Below are positions 9,020 to 18,032 of a DNA stretch of 53,044 nucleotides, piece by piece; position 1 is the stretch's first letter; each line of letters starts with the position of its first letter. The stretch is taken from positions 1 through 53,044 of the forward strand of contig DAONEL010000004.1 of the NCBI GenBank assembly GCA_035403045.1. The letters are read 5' to 3'. Source of the stretch: Bacteroidales bacterium (lineage in GTDB: Bacteria > Bacteroidota > Bacteroidia > Bacteroidales > UBA4417). The notes beneath the pieces are model-generated. The model saw nothing but the letters and a program-made list of their open reading frames with translations. It had not been told where the DNA came from and searched no databases. A program made the position numbers and the translations under genes.

Positions 9020-9493
9020 ATGGAAGAAATAATACGGTTCGAACTGAACGGCAAAGAGGTTTCGATGCCTCTCGATAAGGAGCAATCGCTGCTGTGGGCA
9101 TTGCGGACACATTTCAACCTTACGGGTACAAAATACGGCTGTGGCATGGGCTATTGCGGCGCCTGTACCGTGCTCATGGACAATGAACCGGTACGTTCGT
9201 GCGGTATTTACCTGGAAGATGTTGCCGGCCATAAGATCACTACCATCGAAGGGCTTGCAACCGGTGAAAAACTGCACCCTTTGCAACAGGCGTTTGTTGA
9301 TCATGATGCGCTGCAGTGCGGGTATTGTACACCCGGTATGGTAATGAACGCTTACGGCCTGCTACTCAGGAAGCCAAACCCGTCGCGGCAGGAAATCATT
9401 GATGGTATGGATGGCAACTTTTGCCGTTGCGGCGCTCATACCAGGATTGTGGATGCCATCCAAACAGCCGCCAAAGTCATGTCGAACGGGTAA
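9020..9493 (+). CDS. (2Fe-2S)-binding small subunit of a molybdopterin (xanthine dehydrogenase/aldehyde oxidase family) oxidoreductase
   Basis: Both [2Fe-2S] cysteine clusters are present: GCGMGYCGACTV and CGYCTPG...CRCG. Confidence 0.9.
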   Translation: MEEIIRFELNGKEVSMPLDKEQSLLWALRTHFNLTGTKYGCGMGYCGACTVLMDNEPVRSCGIYLEDVAGHKITTIEGLATGEKLHPLQQAFVDHDALQCGYCTPGMVMNAYGLLLRKPNPSRQEIIDGMDGNFCRCGAHTRIVDAIQTAAKVMSNG

Positions 9494-9509
9494 AAAAAGA
9501 TTCAGGATC

Positions 9510-11666
9510 ATGGAAGAGAACCACATAAACCAGGAAAATATGCACAGCGAATTCCTGACCGGAAGACTGAAGCGCAGGGAATTTATCAGGCTTACCGTCG
9601 CGGGAATCGGAGGAATATTCATATTCTTTCAATCAGGGACTGCCACTGCACTTTTACCTGACGAAGAGGATCAGCGAAGATCTCTGCCAGCCGACTATAA
9701 TGCTTTTCTGAGGATTGGTGAGGACGGTATGGTGACATGCTTCACCGGTAAGATAGAGATGGGCCAGGGGATCATCACTTCGCTTGCCCAGATGCTGGCC
9801 GACGAGCTCGATGTGGCGTTTGAGAAAGTGAATATGGTGATGGGCGATACGGACCTCACTCCTTATGATGCCGGCACCTGGGGATCGCTGTCCACAAGAG
9901 TTTTCGGGCCTGCCATGCTGGCCGCAGCTGCCGAAGCAAGGGCAGTGCTCCTTTCCCTTGCAGCCGACTATCTCAGATCAACACCTGAAAACCTTTTCAT
10001 TACCGATGGCATCATTGCCGTAAAAGGCCATGAAAGCAGCCGCATCAGCTATCCTGAACTCACCCGGGGGAAGAGGATTGAGCGTTTTATGGATGACAAG
10101 CCTGCCGTGAAAGATTACTCAGAATACAAGCTAATGGGTAAATCGCTGCAGCGTACCGATGCGGTAAGCAAGGTTACCGGTTCGGCTCTGTATGCCGGCG
10201 ATTATCATAAGCCCGGGATGGTTTATGCAAGGATACTCCGGCCGCCATCACACGGCGCTAAGCTAATAAAGGCTGATGTTTCGGAAGCGAAAAAAGCAGA
10301 TGGCACCATCGTGATCGAAGACGGCGACCTGGTTGCCGTGCTGCATCCCGATCCTGAAAAGGCTGAAAAGGCCATGCGCAGTATCAGGGCTGAATACAGT
10401 TTCAACGAGAAGAAAGTTGACGATAAAAGCATTTTTGATTACCTCCTCTGTTCAAATCCTGAAGCAAGGGTTGTGAATGAGGCCGGCAGGCTGGATGATG
10501 GGCGAAAAGCTTCGGACCTCATCACTGAAAGCACTTACTACAACAGCTATGTCGCCCATGCCCCCATTGAAACGCATACCGCCCTGGCATGGATGGATGC
10601 CGACAAACTGGTAGCCTGTGTTTCAACACAGTCACCCTTTGGAGCACAGGAAACTATAGCCCGTGAGCTTGGACTGGCACTTGACAAGGTAAGGGTCATC
10701 ACTCCTTTTGTAGGAGGTGGCTTTGGGGGCAAGGCCCCGGCCCGTCAGGCAACCGAAGCTGCCAGGCTGGCAAAACTGAGTGGTAAACCTGTGATGGTTC
10801 ACTGGTCAAGGGAAGAAGAATTCTTTTATGATACATTCAGGCCGGCTGCAGTTGTGAAAATAACATCCGGAACCACTCATTCGGGCAACATTAAGCTGTG
10901 GGACTTTAATGAATACTATGCCGGTTCAAGAGGTTCGGATACTGTTTATGATGTTCCGGATCAGCGAACGACAAGCCATTCGGCCCGGAATGTTCATCCT
11001 TTCGGAACCGGAGCATGGCGTGCACCGGGCAATAATACCAACACCTTTGCCCGCGAATCGCAGATCGATATCATGGCACAAAAACTCGGCATTGACCCGC
11101 TGGAATTCCGGCTGAAAAACCTAAAAGATGAGCGCATGACCGGCGTGCTGAAAGCTGTTGCTGACCTCTTCGGCTGGACACCTGCCAGGGGACCATCGGG
11201 CAGAGGGTATGGCATCGCCTGCGGGTTTGATGCAGGAAGCTATGTTGCCCATATGGCCGAGGTTAAAGTGGACAAGCAAACAGGACAAATCACGGTTGTA
11301 AGGGTGGCCTGTGCGCAGGATATGGGCTTCTGCGTTAATCCTGAAGGCGCAAAAATACAGATGGAAGGGTGCATTACCATGGGGCTGGGATATACCCTGG
11401 CTGAGGAGGTTGAATTTAAAGGCGGTGATGTGATAACTTCCAATTTCGGAACATACCGGTTACCGCTCTTTTCGTGGTTGCCCAAAATTGATACCTTTAT
11501 CCTCGATAAGAAAGAACCGATGCAGGGCGGGGGTGAACCGGCCATTATCTGCATGGGCGGGGTGATAGCCAATGCTGTATTTGATGCATCCGGTGCACGG
11601 TTGTATCATCTGCCGATGACTCCGCAGCGGGTTCTGGAAGCGATGTCAAAAAAAGTAAATAAATAA
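9510..11666 (+). CDS. Molybdopterin-binding large subunit (IorB/aldehyde oxidase-like) with twin-arginine signal
   Basis: Track ORF 9399 trimmed to the ATG at 9510, 16 nt after the small-subunit stop. Tat motif LKRREFIRLTVAGIGG. Family motifs are EMGQGIITSLAQM, GGGFGGK, RAPG and GGGEPAI. Confidence 0.88.
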   Translation: MEENHINQENMHSEFLTGRLKRREFIRLTVAGIGGIFIFFQSGTATALLPDEEDQRRSLPADYNAFLRIGEDGMVTCFTGKIEMGQGIITSLAQMLADELDVAFEKVNMVMGDTDLTPYDAGTWGSLSTRVFGPAMLAAAAEARAVLLSLAADYLRSTPENLFITDGIIAVKGHESSRISYPELTRGKRIERFMDDKPAVKDYSEYKLMGKSLQRTDAVSKVTGSALYAGDYHKPGMVYARILRPPSHGAKLIKADVSEAKKADGTIVIEDGDLVAVLHPDPEKAEKAMRSIRAEYSFNEKKVDDKSIFDYLLCSNPEARVVNEAGRLDDGRKASDLITESTYYNSYVAHAPIETHTALAWMDADKLVACVSTQSPFGAQETIARELGLALDKVRVITPFVGGGFGGKAPARQATEAARLAKLSGKPVMVHWSREEEFFYDTFRPAAVVKITSGTTHSGNIKLWDFNEYYAGSRGSDTVYDVPDQRTTSHSARNVHPFGTGAWRAPGNNTNTFARESQIDIMAQKLGIDPLEFRLKNLKDERMTGVLKAVADLFGWTPARGPSGRGYGIACGFDAGSYVAHMAEVKVDKQTGQITVVRVACAQDMGFCVNPEGAKIQMEGCITMGLGYTLAEEVEFKGGDVITSNFGTYRLPLFSWLPKIDTFILDKKEPMQGGGEPAIICMGGVIANAVFDASGARLYHLPMTPQRVLEAMSKKVNK

Positions 11667-11685
11667 GGAAAACTAACAAATCGTG

Positions 11686-12438
11686 ATGACTAAAATGATG
11701 ATTATAAGAAAATTACTAATGCTGTTAACCTTTGTTTCAAGTATGACTCCCCTGGCCTCTGCGCAACATTTGATTACGGATGATGAAAAAGCCGCTTTCG
11801 ACCGCATGAAGACCGACTGGCCCAACCTTGAATGTTTCCGTGAGGCCAATGCCAAACTGGGTTTGCCCAAAGAAGGTGAAAACAGGGTGGTTTTTATGGG
11901 AAATTCAATTACAATCGGCTGGATAGAGATGCACCCTGAATTTTTCGCGGGTAAACCCTATGTGGACCGTGGGATAAGCGGACAGACAACACCGCAGATG
12001 CTCGTGAGGTTCAGGCAGGATGTAATCGATCTGAAACCGGCCGTGGTGGTGATACTTGCGGGAGTGAACGATATTGCAGGCAACACCGGTCCGTCAACGC
12101 TCGAAATGATCGAAGGTAACCTTGCTTCGATGGCTGAAATTGCCAAAACAAACAATATTAAGGTAATAATGTGTTCTGTTCTGCCTGCGTATGATTTTCC
12201 CTGGAACCCGGGTTTGCAACCGGCTGATAAAATCTATGCGCTCAATCAGTGGATTCGAAAGTACGCTGGCGAGAATGACCATCTTTACCTCGACTATTTT
12301 ACCTCTATGGCCGATGAAAAGAAAGGACTGAAAAAGGAACTTACCTATGATGGGGTACATCCCAACCTTGCCGGTTACAAAGTGATGGAGCCATTGGTTG
12401 AAGAAGCGATCAGGGCAGCATTAAAAAAGATGAGATAG
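11686..12438 (+). CDS. SGNH/GDSL hydrolase-family lipase/acylhydrolase, secreted
   Basis: The track start at 11683 is GTG and the adjacent ATG is at 11686. A signal peptide is present. The four SGNH blocks are FMGNSIT, GISGQTT, AGVNDI and DGVHPN. Confidence 0.88.
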   Translation: MTKMMIIRKLLMLLTFVSSMTPLASAQHLITDDEKAAFDRMKTDWPNLECFREANAKLGLPKEGENRVVFMGNSITIGWIEMHPEFFAGKPYVDRGISGQTTPQMLVRFRQDVIDLKPAVVVILAGVNDIAGNTGPSTLEMIEGNLASMAEIAKTNNIKVIMCSVLPAYDFPWNPGLQPADKIYALNQWIRKYAGENDHLYLDYFTSMADEKKGLKKELTYDGVHPNLAGYKVMEPLVEEAIRAALKKMR

Positions 12439-12495
12439 TTTTGGGAGAATCCGGGGATAATAATCTCACGGCTTTATTATTAACATCTTACCGGA

Positions 12496-13191
12496 TTACC
12501 TTATCAGGTTAAATGCCTCAATATACTTGTCAATGTAAAGCTGCTTTTCCCTGGCTTTATACTGCATCACAAACCGCGGGTGTTCGAATGCGATGATTTT
12601 ACTGAAAAAACCAAATTCGTCGTTTAGCCGGCGCAGGTACTTTTCATTTTTTCCTGTACCAAAGCAAAAACAAATGTCCCTGTTGATGCCGAATTCAAGT
12701 TGCTTCTTAATGTTTTCAAGTATAAACGGAGAAACAACTTCTGTAAGCTCACGGTCGTCATAATAGTTATAGTTCTTTTCATTCCCATTTTGATCACTCT
12801 TCACAAATCCCAACGGACAAACAGCGCCTATGTAGAATCTTTTGTAAAAATCTATGGTTCCGCCAAATGCCCTGATGACATCATACACAAATACCGAAGA
12901 TGGTTCATGGGTTTGCCTGCCAGTGTATGAAATTCCGCATTCGGTTACGAGACGCTTGGTATCGGTGAAAGGAATTCCCGTCACACCCGCACCGAAACGG
13001 CCCGGGTTTATTCCAAGTATCATATGACGGGTTTGCTGATCGTTATAAAATTTCCGGTAGAATGCTGATGAAATTTCCAATATCTGCTTATCATCCCTGA
13101 AAGGATTCATGATCCTTATACCGGCCGGTAATACTCCGCTAAAGTAGAGCGACCGGTTGAATTCGATTATTCTTTGAGCAAATGTTTTCAT
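12496..13191 (-). CDS. Uracil-DNA glycosylase superfamily protein (SMUG-like / DUF4918-type)
   Basis: UDG motif 1-like ILGINPGRFGAGVTGIPFTD and motif 2-like FEHPRFV. The length of 231 aa is typical. Confidence 0.7.
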   Translation of the reverse strand: MKTFAQRIIEFNRSLYFSGVLPAGIRIMNPFRDDKQILEISSAFYRKFYNDQQTRHMILGINPGRFGAGVTGIPFTDTKRLVTECGISYTGRQTHEPSSVFVYDVIRAFGGTIDFYKRFYIGAVCPLGFVKSDQNGNEKNYNYYDDRELTEVVSPFILENIKKQLEFGINRDICFCFGTGKNEKYLRRLNDEFGFFSKIIAFEHPRFVMQYKAREKQLYIDKYIEAFNLIR

Positions 13192-13369
13192 TGTCAGGTG
13201 GTTTTATGGAACCAGATCATTCTCATTGGTGATCAGTGAAAGGATAAATTATAAATCTTTAGCAATCAAATTCTACTGCTCAACGAATAGCAACATGTGC
13301 ATCGCTTTGAAATATCAGTTAAAAATGTATAAAACTGAGGTTCAGAGCACAAAACACATCGGGATACAC

Positions 13370-13377
13370 TATATTTG
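13370..13377 (+). promoter_or_regulatory. Bacteroidota-type -7 promoter box TATATTTG
   Basis: Exact TAnnTTTG lies 31 nt upstream of the ATG at 13409. It overlaps a 21-bp inverted repeat, ATATTTGT-agtac-ACAAATAT (13371..13391). Confidence 0.4.
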
Positions 13378-13408
13378 TAGTACACAAATATGTATCAATT
13401 ATTGACGT

Positions 13409-13669
13409 ATGAAACGGTATCTGCCATTGTTTTTTGTATTGCTTGCCCTGAATAGTTTCGGGGCAACCGGAAGTGCTTACGATGCTATCTTTTTTGTGGC
13501 AAGCGTCATCGTCCTGATGCTGATCATTGTTGCAATCGGAAGCTTTATTGACTTTCTGCGAAAAGGCATCCACGTGAGCCGGGCGTGGAACTGGATTCAC
13601 AGGCACAACAAAAAACCTGAAGAGAAGGTTCAGAATGAACTGGTTGGCCTTGACCTGGCTACCATATAA
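13409..13669 (+). CDS. Small membrane protein (hypothetical)
   Basis: Signal-like N-terminus MKRYLPLFFVLLALNSFGA plus a second hydrophobic helix. A -7 box lies upstream. No family recognised. Confidence 0.5.
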   Translation: MKRYLPLFFVLLALNSFGATGSAYDAIFFVASVIVLMLIIVAIGSFIDFLRKGIHVSRAWNWIHRHNKKPEEKVQNELVGLDLATI

Positions 13670-13671
13670 AA

Positions 13672-13697
13672 AAGGGACGAGAAGAATCTCATCCCTT
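13672..13697 (-). terminator. Terminator hairpin downstream of the antiporter gene
   Basis: AAGGGAcGAG ... CTCaTCCCTT is an imperfect hairpin. An A-run on its plus-strand left side gives a U-run for the minus-strand transcript. Confidence 0.55.
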
Positions 13698-13723
13698 GTG
13701 GCCTTCTCAAATCAGCGCTGATT

Positions 13724-15052
13724 TCAATTTCCTGTTGGAGTAGCTGCAGGTTCAGCAACAACTTCGGTTTGCACCTGTTGGTGTTTCTTATGAGGGGCAT
13801 GAGGATGCCAGCCCACAGTTCCCAGCATTACAAAAAAGCCGATGATATAGGCTACCGTAACGTGCCAGCCATTTTTCACATATTTCACCACTGATTTTGC
13901 TTCAGGGTACATGTTAGATAAAGCAACTCCGGCTGATGAGCCAAACCAGATCATTGATCCTCCAAACCCTACGGTATATGCCAGCATGCCCCAGTCGTAG
14001 CCGCCTTGCTCAAGACACAGTTTTGTAAGCGGGATGTTATCAAAAACAGCCGAAACAAATCCCAGCGTAAAAGCTGATTGCCACGATGCAGCAGGTAGTT
14101 CGTCCACCGGCATAAGCGATGCACAGGTAACCAGCGCCATCAGGAAAATAGTTCCCTGCACTGATTTCGGTATTTCCTGCCAGGGAGCTTTGCGTATGAA
14201 ATTTCCGATGATGATGGCAATCCACACACCAGCAGCCGGAAAATCAAGTGTCCAGTTGGTGATAATGGCACAAACCAGGATGAGGAAAACAATAAACAGT
14301 CTTCCCCAGTCGATTTTATATTTTTTCGATTCATCTCTCTGAATCCGCTGATACCTGTCCTGCTGTATCGAACCTATTGTTCCGAAGATTACAAATGCAA
14401 CGGCAGAAGCTACAAATGCATGGGTGACATCCAAGGGATTAACACCATCAATCCACATGAGAGTTGTTGTGGTATCGCCCACCACCGATCCGGCACCGCC
14501 GGCATTACTGGCAGCTACTATGGCAGCCAGATAACCGATATGGACCTTGCCTTTAAACACCACCATGGCAATTGCGCCGCCTATCATGGCAGCAGCAATG
14601 TTGTCGAGAAACGAAGAAATAAACATGATGGCAAACAAGAGGACAAGACCGCCTTTCCAGTCGTTGGGAAGTACTTTTGGCAGCCAGTCGGGGATGCCTG
14701 ATTCTTCGAAGTATTTTGCCAGGATGGCAAAGCCGAATAACAATCCCAGCAGGTTGAGCAGGATGCGCCATTCACCTTCTTTTTCGGCTGAGCCTGTGAT
14801 ATGCTCCAGAAGTGAAAAATCAGAGAGGAAAAGATATTTCACAAGCAAAATGGAAGCGAGTCCGATAAGCGCAACATACATGGTCTTGTGATGAAAAATG
14901 GCAACACCTGCGAGGGTTAGCGCAAAAAGAATGAACTCAAGCCTGATGCCAAAAATGGCAGGCATAACAGCAGCAGTGGCGGCAAATGTGGTAGCCGGCA
15001 GTAGCAGTAGGGGTAAGATCAGTAATAAAACCGATGCAATTGATTTTTTCAT
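13724..15052 (-). CDS. nhaD: NhaD/ArsB-superfamily ion transporter (probable Na+/H+ antiporter NhaD)
   Basis: 442-aa polytopic membrane protein with 10 or more hydrophobic segments. The N-terminal signal-like segment is followed by HHKTMYVALIG. Its size and the motifs SSFLDNIAAA and AVFDNIPLT resemble NhaD/citrate-transporter-fold proteins. Confidence 0.7.
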   Translation of the reverse strand: MKKSIASVLLLILPLLLLPATTFAATAAVMPAIFGIRLEFILFALTLAGVAIFHHKTMYVALIGLASILLVKYLFLSDFSLLEHITGSAEKEGEWRILLNLLGLLFGFAILAKYFEESGIPDWLPKVLPNDWKGGLVLLFAIMFISSFLDNIAAAMIGGAIAMVVFKGKVHIGYLAAIVAASNAGGAGSVVGDTTTTLMWIDGVNPLDVTHAFVASAVAFVIFGTIGSIQQDRYQRIQRDESKKYKIDWGRLFIVFLILVCAIITNWTLDFPAAGVWIAIIIGNFIRKAPWQEIPKSVQGTIFLMALVTCASLMPVDELPAASWQSAFTLGFVSAVFDNIPLTKLCLEQGGYDWGMLAYTVGFGGSMIWFGSSAGVALSNMYPEAKSVVKYVKNGWHVTVAYIIGFFVMLGTVGWHPHAPHKKHQQVQTEVVAEPAATPTGN

Positions 15053-15126
15053 TTGAGTTTTGTTAAGGTTCTTTGAGTAGGGAAGAAGAGGAGAGATGTC
15101 GAGTCTCTCCTGCTTCTGCTGGTTGA

Positions 15127-15261
15127 TTATATGATAAGGCCCAAAAGGAGCTTGAGAAGGATGAGCGCGGCTATTATACCACCAAATACAAGCAAGAAAG
15201 GCATGAAACCCTTTTTCTTCTCATCTGTATTGTTATTAATGTCTTGATTTTGAGTTGACAT
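15127..15261 (-). CDS. 44-aa single-pass membrane peptide upstream of nhaD (hypothetical; below the ORF-track cutoff)
   Basis: Hand translation gives MSTQNQDINNNTDEKKKGFMPFLLVFGGIIAALILLKLLLGLII, from ATG 15261 to TAA 15127. It has a polar head and one TM helix, and ends 74 nt upstream of the nhaD start on the same strand. Confidence 0.35.
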   Translation of the reverse strand: MSTQNQDINNNTDEKKKGFMPFLLVFGGIIAALILLKLLLGLII

Positions 15262-15451
15262 AGTGATTGGTCTTAAAGAATGAATGTCCGGATAATTTCA
15301 GGTAGCATGAATAAACCCTCTGATCATGCATCAGGGAATCAAACAGATAAACACAGCGATATGCTGTTATGAAATTGAAACAATATTGGAGGGATAACAG
15401 TACCTGATACTTTGCGATGCATTGAAGCATTCGCCTGAAAGCCGGAATATT

Positions 15452-15850
15452 CTATAATCTTAAAAACCTCACAGTCTTGAAGATAGGTTCAACCCTGAAA
15501 CCTTTTACAGGAAAGAAATCAAAAGGGAAAGATGATTGATAATGTAATTGTAAGGAAGTTGCAGCCGGAGTTTTCCACTCGATCACAGGCAGTTTGAGGC
15601 GCTGCGAATCGGTTTGAAACGGGTCGCCGCCTGACTGATTAGGAAGTACAAAAGGATCAGGGGCGCTGGTAACCAATGAAAAAGGTACATCTTCCAGGGA
15701 AGTCGGTTCAGTGCATTTGCAGTTCTTTATCTCACTTGCCGAATACAACTGCAGGATGAGCGGAATAAAAACTACAATGACAGAAATTTTTAATAATCCT
15801 CGCATCGTCAGGAAGATATTGCACAAAAATAATGGTTTTATTGGATGCAT
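15452..15850 (-). CDS. Hypothetical protein with N-terminal membrane anchor
   Basis: Intact ORF. The alternative ATG at 15805 (MRGLLKISVIVVFIPLILQL) gives a cleaner signal anchor. No family recognised. Confidence 0.45.
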   Translation of the reverse strand: MHPIKPLFLCNIFLTMRGLLKISVIVVFIPLILQLYSASEIKNCKCTEPTSLEDVPFSLVTSAPDPFVLPNQSGGDPFQTDSQRLKLPVIEWKTPAATSLQLHYQSSFPFDFFPVKGFRVEPIFKTVRFLRL

Positions 15851-15965
15851 TGTTAATCATGCCAAACTGAATTGCCCGGTATAAAGAAATCTTTACCGCT
15901 TAATTTCCAGGTAAGTGTAATATTAGTTCAATCAGATGTAATCAACACAAAAACAACAACCTAGA

Positions 15966-17135
15966 CTATTGGCCTGTTTTAGCCGGCGGCAAAATGACCA
16001 GTTTCTCTTTCGGGGGAAGCGGAGGGAAGGCACTGTGAGGTTCATTCTGGTACCAGTATGCTACCGAAGCCATATCGTCGGTGAGCGGAAGGTAGCGCCC
16101 TTCACTCTGCCAGCCTATGCATTGAATGGTCACTTTCAGATCTTTATCAAAACGCACAGGATCTGCCAGGTGCCAGCGGTATTCGCCGAACCTGCGCTGA
16201 TTGTCCCTGTGGCCTGTGTTAATATGGTAAAACCCGGAATACGGTGAGCTGAAGTCTGTATAATCAATGGTGGTATCAGATGTCTCCCGTTCTTCGTAGC
16301 AATATGATCCGTTAAAATAGTCCTCTTCACCGGTGCCACAGATTGTCGGGAATCTGCCATCGCCGTCGATGAAGAATTTTACTTCGCCTTCGCCCCACCA
16401 TCCCGGGCTGTTGGCTCCATGAGCAATGAACGTCCCTGCATATTGCCCTTTGCCTTTAACACCGTCGAGTATGGTGTAATCGTCTTTGTAAGTCACAGGA
16501 TTTGTCCGGTTGAACCTGGCATGGAAATAAGCTGCTTCGTCGGGAACCTTGGTTTCAGCATAGTCAATCTGGTAATAAACCACAAGCCGTTCATCCGACA
16601 TGTTTTCCATGGTTATTTTGCAATGCTTTTTAAATGGCATGGGCCAGTAGCAATTGAAGCCGTTTTTAGGATTCACGCAAACAGCCAGTGAGTTTATCTG
16701 CGGTTCGTTGTCCCATCCCCAGGCTGTGCAGAAAAAATCTCCGACCGGGCACTCAACCGAGGGCGCTGTTTCGTCATCCCAGTATATCCTGAAAATGGAA
16801 AAGCGGTAAACTCCGGTGGGTGTCATCCATATATGTTTGATAATTCCAGGACCCGTAATGTCGGCCATAGTGAATGTTTCACCCGGCTTAATCACAACGT
16901 AGGGATTCACTTTCCATCCCTGTCCGAGCTCGCGGGCATTGTATGCAGCGTTCCCGTTTTCAAGGGTTGCCATACCGCCTTTGCCTTTCTCCCCTGTGAA
17001 GTTTTCGGGGCTGACCGATCGTGATTTTGAATCCTGCAATAAAAAAAGGCTTTCAAGGTTACCAGCAGGGATGATTGATTGTGCTGATAGCAGCAGGGGA
17101 AATGCCAGGAGGAATAACAGGGCCGGGATTTTCAT
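15966..17135 (-). CDS. DUF2961-domain protein (glycoside hydrolase family 172-like), secreted
   Basis: Signal peptide MKIPALLFLLAFPLLLSAQ. The DUF2961-typical block is IFRIYWDDETAPSVECPVGDFF with downstream W-rich segments. Recalled family, not searched. Confidence 0.7.
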   Translation of the reverse strand: MKIPALLFLLAFPLLLSAQSIIPAGNLESLFLLQDSKSRSVSPENFTGEKGKGGMATLENGNAAYNARELGQGWKVNPYVVIKPGETFTMADITGPGIIKHIWMTPTGVYRFSIFRIYWDDETAPSVECPVGDFFCTAWGWDNEPQINSLAVCVNPKNGFNCYWPMPFKKHCKITMENMSDERLVVYYQIDYAETKVPDEAAYFHARFNRTNPVTYKDDYTILDGVKGKGQYAGTFIAHGANSPGWWGEGEVKFFIDGDGRFPTICGTGEEDYFNGSYCYEERETSDTTIDYTDFSSPYSGFYHINTGHRDNQRRFGEYRWHLADPVRFDKDLKVTIQCIGWQSEGRYLPLTDDMASVAYWYQNEPHSAFPPLPPKEKLVILPPAKTGQ

Positions 17136-17222
17136 TGATGGACTATTTATCGTTAAATAAGCATCTGATCTGTCTCAGAACAGACATAAAAATAAGAAAT
17201 AAATTTAAGGTATGGTGAAAGC

Positions 17223-17260
17223 AAAAAAACCCCGCATCCACAGGGGTAGCAGGGCTTTTT
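17223..17260. terminator. Probable terminator downstream of 17349..17747 (hairpin has runs on both flanks)
   Basis: aaaaaaaCCCCGCatccacaGGGGtagcaGGGCttttt is a GC-rich hairpin flanked by an A-run on one side and a T-run on the other. Confidence 0.5.
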
Positions 17261-17348
17261 GAGACGAGTCAACGAGTAATGGGAGTTTTCTGAAGCAGTG
17301 TTTTTAGTGAATATTTAGTTTTTTTATCGTCGTCAGGCCTCTAAGTCT

Positions 17349-17747
17349 TTATATGCAGCCACAAAAGGATGAGCGGTTGTCGTGAGTATATTTTCTGATT
17401 AGTTCTGCCTGTTCTGCTTTGTCCTTCTGCGCAAGCAACTTGATGACCCGGTTGCGGTGAAGTTTGGAAGCAATGTTTCGGTAATTGCCGCCTTCGCGCA
17501 GGAATTTCATCATCAGCTCAGTGCTTTCGGTTTCAGCCTTTTCACGGGCTGCCTGAATAATATCTGAATTGTTTCGAAAGGCATATTCACATAAATGCAG
17601 GTCAATAATGTCGTGAATCTTTTCTCTTAATTCGCTGTTTAATTTTACTGCTTTCCTGAATGTTTGAAACGTAATTGAGTGACCGTTTACTGTCCTGCAT
17701 ACTCCGGCTTCAAAGTGGTCGCTGTGCAAGTAATCGCTGCTTCTCAT
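17349..17747 (-). CDS. Hypothetical protein (orphan)
   Basis: Intact 132-codon ORF flanked by a terminator-like hairpin and an AT-rich upstream region. It is charged and helical. A weak Fis-like HTH resemblance (GGNYRNIASKLHRNRVIKLL) is the only similarity seen. Confidence 0.45.
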   Translation of the reverse strand: MRSSDYLHSDHFEAGVCRTVNGHSITFQTFRKAVKLNSELREKIHDIIDLHLCEYAFRNNSDIIQAAREKAETESTELMMKFLREGGNYRNIASKLHRNRVIKLLAQKDKAEQAELIRKYTHDNRSSFCGCI

Positions 17748-18004
17748 AACCTTTCGTTTATTATTAATAGACCTTGTTACGATTGGTTATATGCCCGAAA
17801 CAGAAAAAATGCAATTTTATTTCCTCGTGACTTGCAATAATCTATAAATCAAAAAATTGAACACAATTTTTTTGAATTCCGATAAGTCTTTTTAAGATAT
17901 TATCTATATATTATGTATGTATCAATATAATGTTTTCGAATTATTTACCGGCGGTTGAACTGCCTGAATGATACCATTTTGCAATTTCCAATGCAAGAAA
18001 CGGT

Positions 18005-18012
18005 TACCTTTG
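18005..18012 (+). promoter_or_regulatory. -7 promoter box TACCTTTG upstream of der
   Basis: Exact TAnnTTTG lies 20 nt upstream of the ATG at 18033. A TTTG at 17978..17981 is a possible -33 element. Confidence 0.4.
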
Positions 18013-18032
18013 CAGCGAAATTTTGAAATTGT

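Noticed and set aside
9399-9509. N-terminal extensions of track ORFs that overlap upstream genes or start at TTG/GTG (9399, 26585, 1040, 21165, 21178, 2098, 7462, 32021, 11683).
   Set aside because: In each case an internal ATG gives a canonical signal peptide or family N-terminus, removes the overlap, and in several cases sits just downstream of a TAnnTTTG box. The extensions were trimmed, and the alternatives are noted in the feature evidence.
17349-17363. C-terminal CGCI of the orphan protein 17349..17747 as a CaaX prenylation box, possibly linked to the ICMT-like methyltransferase at 26112..26660.
   Set aside because: The two genes are 9 kb apart with unrelated genes between them. No prenyltransferase or CaaX protease is present. 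A four-residue match is expected by chance, and bacterial ICMT-family proteins are mostly not CaaX-processing enzymes.
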